From an uncultured Candidatus Saccharibacteria bacterium (GTDB lineage Bacteria > Patescibacteriota > Minisyncoccia > Phycocordibacterales > Zambryskibacteraceae), in the NCBI GenBank assembly GCA_964516975.1, contig CAZFAS010000003.1, forward strand, positions 4,508 through 66,625: DNA of 62,118 nucleotides. Direction: 5' to 3'. Below, piece by piece: positions 9,571-18,074 of the stretch; the first letter of the stretch is position 1, and every line of letters begins with the position of its first letter. The notes beneath the pieces were generated by a model. It was not told where the DNA came from and searched no databases. It saw only the letters and a program-made list of their open reading frames with translations. Made by a program: the position numbers and the translations under genes.

Positions 9571-10185
9571 ATGGAACAAACTCCACTACAACCTGATCCT
9601 CACACTCAAATACAAGAAACGATTCAGAAAGAAAAAAGTTTTTTTCGAGAACTTATTGATTTTGCACTCATCGCACTCCTTATTGTTCTTCCATTTCGTA
9701 TATTTATCGCTCAACCGTTCGTCGTAAGTGGCGCATCAATGGATCCAACATTCAAAGATGGTGAATATCTTATCGTGGACCAGATTAGCTATAGATTTCA
9801 TACTCCTGAAAGAGGGTCTGTACTTATTTTCAAGTATCCAAAGGACACTTCTAAATATTTTATTAAGAGAGTTATTGGTCTCCCAGGTGAGACAGTAGAA
9901 ATAAAATCTGGTGTTGTGACAATTAAAAATCCAAAAAATCCAAAAGGTTTCAGTCTCAATGAACCATATATCGTATATCCAAAAAGTGACAACTTCAGCA
10001 CAACACTTAGTACAGATGAATACTTTGTAATGGGTGACAACAGACTTGGAAGTGCGGATTCAAGGTATTGGGGACCAATGCCGACACAAGATATAGTCGG
10101 TAGACCAATCTTAAGACTCTTTCCAATAAGTACAGCTGGATATCTCCCAGGTGATAAACGAACACTTCTCGAACAAGCACAATGA
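9571..10185 (+). CDS. lepB: signal peptidase I
   Basis: TM helix, then SGASMDPT (catalytic Ser box), KRVIGLPGE (Lys box) and GDNRLGSADSR. ATG at 9571 is chosen; the ORF track begins 56 codons upstream and would overlap pth. Confidence 0.9.
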   Translation: MEQTPLQPDPHTQIQETIQKEKSFFRELIDFALIALLIVLPFRIFIAQPFVVSGASMDPTFKDGEYLIVDQISYRFHTPERGSVLIFKYPKDTSKYFIKRVIGLPGETVEIKSGVVTIKNPKNPKGFSLNEPYIVYPKSDNFSTTLSTDEYFVMGDNRLGSADSRYWGPMPTQDIVGRPILRLFPISTAGYLPGDKRTLLEQAQ

Positions 10186-11411
10186 TGAAAAAAGTTGCGC
10201 AGGAAATTCCAAAAAAGGTAAAACCACTTGAACCTACATTCAAGTTGAAAGAATTCGATAAAGAGATGATTGTTGCTTCATATTTTGGATTTACACCAAT
10301 AATAAGCCCTGAAGTCACTGATAAAGACATTACTACACAAAAAACAGTCAAAGATCCCTATTACAACCTCGGGTATATCGAAAAAGAAAAACCATTTGCT
10401 GCAGATATAGTAGAAAAAATTGCTCTCATTCGTGCCTACCAAGAGTGGGGTCTTAACCATGAGCCTCACCCCTTGCTTATCACCTATCATAAACCAATAC
10501 AAAAAGGGGCAAGAAAAAAGCCAGGAGAAAGCTCACTCGGCCTTGAAATAATTGGTCTGCAGAGCAGTTCAGCTGAGGCGCTTCTTATTCGAACTTGCCT
10601 ATCCATACTCCAAGATGAAGGGTACACCAACCTCTCAATTCGTCTCAATAGCCTTGGAGACAAAGAATCAATAAACGATTATGAGCGTATGATCAGTGGG
10701 TATGTTCGAAAAAACATTAACGCCATGACGCCCGAGCTTCGTAAACTAGTTAAACAGGATATATTCGAAGTTATTCGTACGAAAGACCCAAAATGCGAAC
10801 ATATCCATAATGATGCCCCAAAATCTATGAGTTTCCTTTCAGAAAGTGCAAGAATACACTTCAAGGAAGTACTAGAGTACGTCGAAAGTTTCGACATACC
10901 ATATACCATCAGGACTACACTTATTAATTCCCCTTCATTTTGCTCCCAAACACAATTCGAAATCATTTCAGAAAACGAAAAGGGTGAGGAAAATGTTTTA
11001 GCTAGTGGTTTCTGCTACTCTCGACTTACAAAAAAACTCGGTATGAAACGAGAGCTCCCATCTTTTGGTGCAACACTTTGTTTTAAGAAAAAAAATACCG
11101 GTACAATAGTAAAAACATTTAGCAAACCGCGTTTTTATCTCATTCAACTCGGATTTCAAGGGAAAATGAAGTCACTCCATGTCATAGATATCCTAAGAAA
11201 AGCAAAAATTCCAGTAACCCACGCTCTCGCGAAAGACAAGCTCCAAAGTCAACTCGGCAGTGCTGAAAATACGCGAGTAACGCACGTTCTCATCATTGGC
11301 CAAAAGGAAGCTATTGAAAACTCAGTAACCGTTAGGGATATGAACACTAGGGTGCAAGAAACCGTCCCTATTTCTGGCCTTATTTCCTACTTAAAGGGCC
11401 TAAAATCGTAA
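10182..11411 (+). CDS. histidyl-tRNA synthetase-like protein (HisS/HisZ paralog with degenerate class II motifs)
   Basis: 409 aa, overlapping the lepB stop (ATGA). The C-terminal part resembles a class IIa anticodon-binding domain (THVLIIGQKEAIENSVTVRDMNTRVQETVPISGL). Positions equivalent to HisRS motifs 2 and 3 read YHKPIQKGARKKPGE and ASGFCYSRL. Confidence 0.5.
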   Translation: MMKKVAQEIPKKVKPLEPTFKLKEFDKEMIVASYFGFTPIISPEVTDKDITTQKTVKDPYYNLGYIEKEKPFAADIVEKIALIRAYQEWGLNHEPHPLLITYHKPIQKGARKKPGESSLGLEIIGLQSSSAEALLIRTCLSILQDEGYTNLSIRLNSLGDKESINDYERMISGYVRKNINAMTPELRKLVKQDIFEVIRTKDPKCEHIHNDAPKSMSFLSESARIHFKEVLEYVESFDIPYTIRTTLINSPSFCSQTQFEIISENEKGEENVLASGFCYSRLTKKLGMKRELPSFGATLCFKKKNTGTIVKTFSKPRFYLIQLGFQGKMKSLHVIDILRKAKIPVTHALAKDKLQSQLGSAENTRVTHVLIIGQKEAIENSVTVRDMNTRVQETVPISGLISYLKGLKS

Positions 11412-11453
11412 TATATTGCCTATACAAGCATTGTGTGCTAATATGTGCTTCTT

Positions 11454-11696
11454 ATGATAAATATAGAAGTAGAACGAGGTGCAAACGAAAATAGTGTATC
11501 CCTATTACGACGCTTTACAAAGCGAGTACAGGGCGCTGGAGTCCTTCCACGCGTACGCTCAATTCGATACGCTTCTCGAAATATTTCTGAGGCAGTAAAA
11601 CGAAAAAAGACCCTTAAAGTTCTCAAGCGAAGAGAAGAAATCAATAAATTGATGAAGCTGGGTAAAATCGTAGACAATGGCCGAGGAAAGAAATAA
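11454..11696 (+). CDS. rpsU: 30S ribosomal protein S21
   Basis: MINIEVERGANENSVSLLRRFTKRV ... RKKTLKVLKRRE. Small, basic and S21-like. ATG at 11454 is preferred over the GTG at 11445. Confidence 0.8.
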   Translation: MINIEVERGANENSVSLLRRFTKRVQGAGVLPRVRSIRYASRNISEAVKRKKTLKVLKRREEINKLMKLGKIVDNGRGKK

Positions 11697-12072
11697 TAAT
11701 TTCTCAATAACGAACAAGACAAAAGGCAAGGTACCACCCTTGCCTTTTGTCGATATAAAAAACTCAGTCCTAGGTAAAAAATACTCCCTCTCTTTAGTTA
11801 TTGCAGGAGATACACTCTCAAGAAAACTCAATAAAACGTACAGAAACAAAGATAAACCAACCAATGTGCTGTCTTTTTCACTTGGAGATACCGAAGGAGA
11901 AATTTTTCTTAATCTAAAGAAAGCAAAAGCTGAGGCGCCACAATTTAGCGAGAAATATAAAAATTTTGTTGGATATCTCTTTATCCACGGTTTACTTCAT
12001 TTGAAAGGAATGGACCACGGTAGTACAATGGAGAATACAGAGCGAAAAATAAGGAGAAAATTTAATATCTAA
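11677..12072 (+). CDS. ybeY: rRNA maturation endoribonuclease YbeY
   Basis: HGLLHLKGMDH zinc motif (H-x3-H-x5-H). 131 aa. Overlaps rpsU by 20 nt. Confidence 0.85.
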   Translation: MAEERNNNFSITNKTKGKVPPLPFVDIKNSVLGKKYSLSLVIAGDTLSRKLNKTYRNKDKPTNVLSFSLGDTEGEIFLNLKKAKAEAPQFSEKYKNFVGYLFIHGLLHLKGMDHGSTMENTERKIRRKFNI

Positions 12073-12126
12073 ATTCTCCATCTTGCTTGTGTGTATTATT
12101 AGTTAGTAGCAAACCTTGTTCACTTC

Positions 12127-13314
12127 ATGGCTCGTAATATCGCAGTCGGCATAGATATCGGTACATACCAAATCAAGGTGGTGGTTGCTGAGAAATCCGG
12201 AGACCAAAACAGCACTCACCCGCATGTTCTTGGTACCGGTTTTTGCGAATCAAAAGGTCTTCGCCATGGTTATATAGTAAATGTAAATGAAGTAACACGT
12301 TCCCTTAAGGTTGCGCTCGAACAAGCAGAAAAATCTTCAGGTATTTCAATCAAACGTGCGTATGTTTCAGTGGGTGGTATTGGTCTTACAGGCATTGCTT
12401 CATCAGGTACGGTCATGATTACTCGTGGTGACTCAGAAGTTACTGAGCTTGATACTCAAAAAGCAATGGAAATAGCACGTCAAGAAATCCCAAGTGCTCT
12501 TTCTCAAAACAGAAGGATTATTTATGAAATCCCTGTGAAAAGCAAAGTCGATGGAAAGGATGTACTCGGCAATCGCCCGATCGGCATGAAAGGTGTAAAA
12601 CTCGAAATCAAAGCACTCTTTATTACATGCCTTGAACACCACCTCAGAGATCTCGTAGAAGCTGTGGAGGAGACGGGTGTGGAAGTTATTGATATCGTCG
12701 CTTCGCCTATCGCAGCAAGTTTTGTGACCCTAACAAAGGCTCAAAGAATCGCAGGTTGTGTACTTGCAAACATCGGCTCAGAGACTGTTTCAATAGTTGT
12801 ATTTGAAGACAACAACCCAATATCTCTTGAAGTGTTCCCCATTGGATCAACAGATATCACCAATGACATAGCACTCGGGCTACGTATCCCTCTCGAAGAG
12901 GCTGAGAGTATAAAACTTGGTGGCATAACAACAACAACGTATCCCAAAAAGAAACTTGATGAAATTATTTCCGCACGACTCTCAGATATGTTTGAACTTA
13001 TAGAAGCACATCTTAAAAAGATTGGGAAAAATGGCCTTCTTCCTGCAGGAATCGTTATTACGGGAGGTGGATCAAGTATTTCGGTTATAGAAGATTTTGC
13101 AAAACTTTCCCTTAAACTCCCTTCGCGTGTTGCTCATATAAACTTTCCTGAAAAAGAAAAAGGAAAGTTACGAGATGCCTTTTTTGCTGTTGCTCTTGGG
13201 CTCTGTATCATCGGATTCAATGAGGACGAGAGTAGTGCAACTGGTATTGTGATGCGTACTCCGGGCAACTTCCTCAAAGGCCTAAAAAATTGGGTGCGAC
13301 CGTTTTTGCCATAA
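12127..13314 (+). CDS. ftsA: cell division protein FtsA
   Basis: Actin-like ATPase N-terminus IAVGIDIGTYQIKVVVAE, with ITGGGSSI. Lies directly upstream of ftsZ. Confidence 0.9.
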   Translation: MARNIAVGIDIGTYQIKVVVAEKSGDQNSTHPHVLGTGFCESKGLRHGYIVNVNEVTRSLKVALEQAEKSSGISIKRAYVSVGGIGLTGIASSGTVMITRGDSEVTELDTQKAMEIARQEIPSALSQNRRIIYEIPVKSKVDGKDVLGNRPIGMKGVKLEIKALFITCLEHHLRDLVEAVEETGVEVIDIVASPIAASFVTLTKAQRIAGCVLANIGSETVSIVVFEDNNPISLEVFPIGSTDITNDIALGLRIPLEEAESIKLGGITTTTYPKKKLDEIISARLSDMFELIEAHLKKIGKNGLLPAGIVITGGGSSISVIEDFAKLSLKLPSRVAHINFPEKEKGKLRDAFFAVALGLCIIGFNEDESSATGIVMRTPGNFLKGLKNWVRPFLP

Positions 13315-13318
13315 TATA

Positions 13319-13349
13319 TTAGCCATTTTTTGAATGGCTAATCTTTTTT
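13319..13349 (+). terminator. intrinsic terminator after ftsA
   Basis: TTAGCCATT-TTTTG-AATGGCTAA followed by TCTTTTTT. Confidence 0.6.
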
Positions 13350-13463
13350 AAAGTAACTTATATACAATATAGGATAAGTACACTGTCAAGATACTTTTCT
13401 TTTTAGAGGGCTCTGTTATGATGACCTTACTTACTAGAAAATACCATTTCCAAAACCATTACC

Positions 13464-14654
13464 ATGCCACAAATTAAACCAGACGTCGAAGCATTTGCTC
13501 GAATCAAAGTGATCGGAGTCGGAGGCTCAGGAAAAAATGCCGTAAATCACATGATTAACTCTAAAGTTAAGGGCGTTGATTTTATTGCGGTTAATACTGA
13601 TGCACAGGATCTCCATCACTCTCTTGCAAAAAGAAAAATTCACATTGGGAAAAATCTCACTCGCGGACTCGGCACTGGCATGAATGCTGAACTCGGACGA
13701 AGAGCTGCAGAAGAAACAAAAGAAGAAATACAAGAAGCGGTAAAAGGTGCTGATATGGTATTCATCGCATGTGGAATGGGTGGAGGAACTGGTACAGGAG
13801 CTGCCCCAGCTATTGCTAAAACTGCTAAAGAATCAGGGTGCTTAACTGTCGCCGTTGTAACAAAGCCATTCTTCTTTGAAGGACTCCAGCGAATGCGTAT
13901 TGCTGAGCAAGGAATTGAAGAGCTCAAACAATCTGTTGACGCAATTATCATCATCCCAAATGACAGACTCCTCGCTACTATCGACAAAGACACAACAGCA
14001 AGAAATGCTTTTGCAATGTGCGATGATATTCTCCGAAGAGCAGTAGAGGGTATCTCTGATCTCGTTACAACCCCAGGACTTATCAATATCGACTTCGCAG
14101 ATGTACGTGCAGTCATGGAAAACGCAGGTGCAGCCCTCATGGGTATTGGCTATGCATCTGGCGAGAAGCGAGCGGAAGAAGCTGCGCGAATTGCTATCAA
14201 TTCCCCACTCCTCGAAGTTTCTGTTTCTGGTGCTAAGGGTGTCCTCTTCTCAATCGCAGGAAATGATGACCTTACAATGTTTGAAATCCAAGACGCAGCG
14301 AAAATTATTACTGAGTCTGTCGATCCAAACGCAAAAATTATCTTCGGAACCGTACGAGATGAGAAGCTCAAAAAAGGTGAAATTAAGATTACCGTTATCG
14401 CGTCTGGTTTCCCAGAAAGCCTAGTAAAAAAGTCTCTCTTCGCTTCAAACAACAACAATAGTAATGATGAGGAAAAGAAAGGTAAAATCTTTAACTCATT
14501 TAATCCAACTCCAAAAGAAAAGATCGTTGAAGAAAAGAAAATCGAATCTGTACCTCCTCCAGCACCAGCACCATCAACTCCAAATATCGACTCAAACGAT
14601 GATGATGACTGGGGTGCGGTACCAGCATTCCTCCGAAGATCGAAGCTAAAGTAA
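13464..14654 (+). CDS. ftsZ: cell division protein FtsZ
   Basis: GVGGSGKNAVNHM and the tubulin signature GGGTGTGAAP. The C-terminal tail ends in DDWGAVPAFLRR. Confidence 0.97.
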   Translation: MPQIKPDVEAFARIKVIGVGGSGKNAVNHMINSKVKGVDFIAVNTDAQDLHHSLAKRKIHIGKNLTRGLGTGMNAELGRRAAEETKEEIQEAVKGADMVFIACGMGGGTGTGAAPAIAKTAKESGCLTVAVVTKPFFFEGLQRMRIAEQGIEELKQSVDAIIIIPNDRLLATIDKDTTARNAFAMCDDILRRAVEGISDLVTTPGLINIDFADVRAVMENAGAALMGIGYASGEKRAEEAARIAINSPLLEVSVSGAKGVLFSIAGNDDLTMFEIQDAAKIITESVDPNAKIIFGTVRDEKLKKGEIKITVIASGFPESLVKKSLFASNNNNSNDEEKKGKIFNSFNPTPKEKIVEEKKIESVPPPAPAPSTPNIDSNDDDDWGAVPAFLRRSKLK

Positions 14655-14659
14655 CTAAC

Positions 14660-14685
14660 AAAATCACCCATTTGGGTGATTTTTG
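14660..14685 (+). terminator. intrinsic terminator after ftsZ
   Basis: AAAATCACCC-ATTT-GGGTGATTTT. Confidence 0.7.
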
Positions 14686-14718
14686 TATATAGAAAAAATA
14701 TAGTAGTATTGGTGAATT

Positions 14719-15639
14719 ATGATATATGACTTGGCAATATTAGGTGGAGGCCCTGCTGGCGTAGCCGCTGGCGTATACGCTTCACGAAAGCGATTAAAAA
14801 CAGTACTTATTACCGAAAGTTTTGGTGGACAAAGTATCGACTCCACAGGAATTGAAAACTGGATTGGTACTATAAATATCCCTGGAACTCAACTTGCTGA
14901 AGATCTTAAAAAGCATCTCCTTGCATATGCAAAGGATTCCGTAGATATTCATGAGGGTGAGCGTGTAACGCTTGTAAGTAAAACTGATAGCGGCTTCTCG
15001 ATACAAACAAATAATGGTACATATGATGCAAAGACAGTACTCGTTACTACCGGAAGCTCACGAAGAAAACTCGATATAAGGGGGGCAAAAGAATTTGAAA
15101 ATAAAGGTATAACATATTGTGCATCATGTGACGGACCGCTCTTCTCAGATCAAGATGTTATGGTGATTGGCGGAGGAAATGCTGGATTTGAAACAGCAGC
15201 GCAGCTTCTCGCATACTGTAAGAGCGTCACCTTAATAACTCATGGTAATTTTAAAGCTGACCCAGTTACCGTAGAAAAAGTCACCGCACATCCAAACATG
15301 AAAGCCATCGAAAAAGCAACTCCAGTTGAAATAAAGGGCTCTCAATTTGTTTCTTCTGTGGTGTATTCAGATGACACAACACAAAGTCTAGTTGAGGTAC
15401 CGGTAACTGGAGTATTCGTTGAAATCGGTCTTATCCCTGCAACTGATTATGTAAAAGATATTGTAGAGAGAAATCAATACGGACAAATCATCATTGATCC
15501 AAAAACACAACAAACAAAGACTGCCGGTATTTGGGCAGCTGGTGATTGTACTGATAGTCTTTACCACCAAAACAACATCGCTGCTGGCGATGCTGTACGA
15601 GCGCTCGAAGACATCTACTCACATATCCACACAAAATAG
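14719..15639 (+). CDS. trxB: thioredoxin-disulfide reductase
   Basis: FAD motif GGGPAGVAAGVYA, redox CASC in YCASCDG, and NADPH motif GGGNAGFETA. Confidence 0.9.
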   Translation: MIYDLAILGGGPAGVAAGVYASRKRLKTVLITESFGGQSIDSTGIENWIGTINIPGTQLAEDLKKHLLAYAKDSVDIHEGERVTLVSKTDSGFSIQTNNGTYDAKTVLVTTGSSRRKLDIRGAKEFENKGITYCASCDGPLFSDQDVMVIGGGNAGFETAAQLLAYCKSVTLITHGNFKADPVTVEKVTAHPNMKAIEKATPVEIKGSQFVSSVVYSDDTTQSLVEVPVTGVFVEIGLIPATDYVKDIVERNQYGQIIIDPKTQQTKTAGIWAAGDCTDSLYHQNNIAAGDAVRALEDIYSHIHTK

Positions 15640-15641
15640 TT

Positions 15642-16676
15642 TTACACTACGATCACTTGAGCGATAAGGAATGTTCGGTAAATGTATGAGAGTGTCAGAA
15701 TAAGTACCAAAAGCCCAACTCCGAAAGCAACGAGCTTCATGTGCTGATGTTTAAACTCAATTCCTATCATAATAAGGAGTGATATGAGCACGAACGTTGC
15801 GAGAAGTAAGAACAATATACTCGTAGTCTTCTTCGGACTTACCATCATCCTCTCTAACCATGATGTTTTTGCTGGTTCGAGACCCGTGATCACTTGAGAT
15901 GACGTATCCTTTGCAACGTTCTCAACTGCTATAAAGGTTTCCGACTGGGCTAATACTTTTTGAGTATTTTCTGCAGTGGCACTAAGCACCGTACTTGTAC
16001 TTGTTGTTGAAACGCCCGTTACAGGTAATTTCGCTTGGAGTGTAGTTGTGCTTGTTGTTGCTTTCGTTAGCACTGGCTTCTTTGGAACAGGTACCGTAAG
16101 AGCAATTTTTGTCTGAGGTCTACCGAACATTTGTACAACAAAGATTGTTTCTTGCCCCTTATAAAAACCTTTTGCAGTTGCAATACCAATCTCAGTAAAT
16201 TTTCCATTCAAAATATTAGCCCTGTGCCCTGGTGAATTCATCCATGCTCCATTTACATCTACCGAATCACTAAAGTTCACAGCGAGGTTCTCACCAGCGT
16301 AAACGAAGTCATATCCAGCACCCTTAAACCAGAACCATGGGTTTTTAGCACTATCAAATGGACTTGTATGAGCAAAATATCCATTTTTTGCCATATCATT
16401 TGCTTTTTCTTGCGCAGCTTTCACAAGAAGCGGATTCACCACGAGCATTGAAAGTTGATTTTGAGCGCGATCACCATTTGCAAGTTCAACAAGTGACTCA
16501 GGAATTACAGCACTTAAGAAGTTGCCTTTCTGTATAAATGAATGCTGAGCATACCCAATAAAAAAAATGAATAATGCCAAAAATGCGATGACAGCCACTG
16601 ATGTTTTTCTCATCACATGGGGCTTATATTCATTCTCTTTATTTGGTATAAAATATTTTTTCACAATAGATTTCAC
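15642..16676 (-). CDS. CAP (SCP/PR-1, YkwD-like) domain protein with N- and C-terminal TM helices
   Basis: NGYFAHTSP ... YAGENLA ... WMNSPGHRANIL. Thr/Ser-rich linker with two C-terminal hydrophobic helices. The ORF starts with GTG at 16676; an alternative ATG is at 16613. Confidence 0.7.
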   Translation of the reverse strand: MKSIVKKYFIPNKENEYKPHVMRKTSVAVIAFLALFIFFIGYAQHSFIQKGNFLSAVIPESLVELANGDRAQNQLSMLVVNPLLVKAAQEKANDMAKNGYFAHTSPFDSAKNPWFWFKGAGYDFVYAGENLAVNFSDSVDVNGAWMNSPGHRANILNGKFTEIGIATAKGFYKGQETIFVVQMFGRPQTKIALTVPVPKKPVLTKATTSTTTLQAKLPVTGVSTTSTSTVLSATAENTQKVLAQSETFIAVENVAKDTSSQVITGLEPAKTSWLERMMVSPKKTTSILFLLLATFVLISLLIMIGIEFKHQHMKLVAFGVGLLVLILTLSYIYRTFLIAQVIVV

Positions 16677-16715
16677 CTAAAAACTATACCATGATTTTAT
16701 TACATGCGCAAACAA

Positions 16716-17438
16716 TTATTTTTTTATCTTTTTGGGAACATTTTTTATCGTAGACTTTGTAGTCGTTGCAGTCGAAGTCGCTGTCTTGGGGTCTTCTTTT
16801 TTTTCAGCAAACACCACAAGCCGATCTGAATACATTTTCTTTTCCGGTATCCATGTACCGTCACAGGTTATGAGATTTAACCTTACACCATCTGTACTTG
16901 TCCCGAATATTTCATCAAGCGGAGCATCCATATAGTCTACAACCCTCACCTCTTTAATCAAGAAAGAAACCTCTGCGCCAGTATGTGTTACTACTTTTAT
17001 TTCATCTCCTTTTTGCAGCTCTTTTATATGATAAAAAACCCCAGGCGAACCCTTCCCATTATCCAAATGGCCTGCGATTACAGCCGTCCCTCTGTCGCCT
17101 GGCTCTACGCCATATTTATACCATCCTGCATGCCCAAAATCGACTGGTACAGCCATATTACCACCCTTTCCTATACCTACTGGCTCTACAGGTACATCTA
17201 TGTCTCCTTTACGAATAATAACCCTTTGAGGACCAAATGTGGGAACATATTCATCCCTTGGTATTGATACAACTGGTGGTGATGGAAGGACGATTTTTTC
17301 TTCTCGAATATTGCCTTGTTTGAAGATAATAAAAGCACCAATAAGCAGTATCCATACGCAGTTTATTGTAATAACGTACCGGTATTGATATACGCGTTTT
17401 TTATATCTATTCAACTTTCTCTTATATACGAGTTTCAT
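16716..17438 (-). CDS. sortase family transpeptidase
   Basis: N-terminal TM anchor. AGHLDN (His), LNLITCDG (TLxTC-type Cys) and a downstream Arg (DRLVVF). Confidence 0.8.
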   Translation of the reverse strand: MKLVYKRKLNRYKKRVYQYRYVITINCVWILLIGAFIIFKQGNIREEKIVLPSPPVVSIPRDEYVPTFGPQRVIIRKGDIDVPVEPVGIGKGGNMAVPVDFGHAGWYKYGVEPGDRGTAVIAGHLDNGKGSPGVFYHIKELQKGDEIKVVTHTGAEVSFLIKEVRVVDYMDAPLDEIFGTSTDGVRLNLITCDGTWIPEKKMYSDRLVVFAEKKEDPKTATSTATTTKSTIKNVPKKIKK

Positions 17439-18015
17439 TGATAATTCTTAAATATTCGGTAAGTAACACGATGAGCTGTCTTATAATTGCCATCTTTTTC
17501 TCATTGAGTGTTTCACCATCATTACTCTGCGTTGTGGCACCCAACACTACACTGTGTGATTTTGGCACAGCAAAATATGCAACAGCGTATGTTGTATCTT
17601 GCCCCATATAGGTTCCCCGCACAACACCCACTCCAATATCTTTAAATATAGAATTCAATATATTCTGTCTGTGTGATGTTGATTCCATCCAGTCTTTTAC
17701 GAGCTGACTTTCTGGCCACGAATTTACAGCAAGATTCTCACCAGCATACTGATACGCATATCCTGCCTGCGAGAGAGCTGGCCACGGCATACCAGTGCTA
17801 TGAGTCAAAGCTTGTTTTGTTGCAATCTCACGAGCTTTTAACTGTGCCGCATTCGATAATATATTATTTTCCGAAAGCGACGAGAGTCCGACTTTTGTAC
17901 GCTCAGCATTAATATCTTTCATGATCAGATCCGGATCTAATACCACTTCAGCGTAAGAAAGTAATGGAAAAAGAACTAAAAATGCAATGAGAAAAATCTT
18001 TCGAATCATAGACAT
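17422..18015 (-). CDS. secreted CAP (SCP/PR-1, YkwD-like) domain protein
   Basis: Signal peptide MSMIRKIFLIAFLVLFPLLSYA. YAGENLAVNSW ... WMESTSHRQNILN. Its 3' end overlaps the sortase start by 17 nt. Confidence 0.7.
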   Translation of the reverse strand: MSMIRKIFLIAFLVLFPLLSYAEVVLDPDLIMKDINAERTKVGLSSLSENNILSNAAQLKAREIATKQALTHSTGMPWPALSQAGYAYQYAGENLAVNSWPESQLVKDWMESTSHRQNILNSIFKDIGVGVVRGTYMGQDTTYAVAYFAVPKSHSVVLGATTQSNDGETLNEKKMAIIRQLIVLLTEYLRIINETRI

Positions 18016-18027
18016 AGTATAGTATAC

Positions 18028-18064
18028 AAAAACACCCTCTAGAACTTGTCTCGAGGGTGTTTTT
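18028..18064 (-). terminator. hairpin/T-run downstream of the LPNTG-protein gene (A-run and T-run on both sides)
   Basis: ACACCCTC ... GAGGGTGT is an 8-bp stem flanked by an A-run and a T-run. On the minus strand it is followed by TTTTT. Confidence 0.5.
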
Positions 18065-18074
18065 GTTTTTCGCT

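Noticed and set aside
10183-10185. Alternative genetic code (UGA recoded as Gly, as in some CPR lineages).
   Set aside because: Conserved genes end at TGA at the expected length; for example lepB stops at 10183-10185. No conserved protein is interrupted by in-frame TGA, so code 11 fits.
13640-14140. Long antisense or shadow ORFs inside well-supported genes. Examples are 13640-14140 and 14150-14671 opposite ftsZ, 3705-4070 opposite gyrA, and many plus-strand ORFs opposite the giant genes.
   Set aside because: They lie opposite strongly supported CDSs and have low-complexity or biased translations mirroring the sense-strand repeats. They have no independent start or RBS support.
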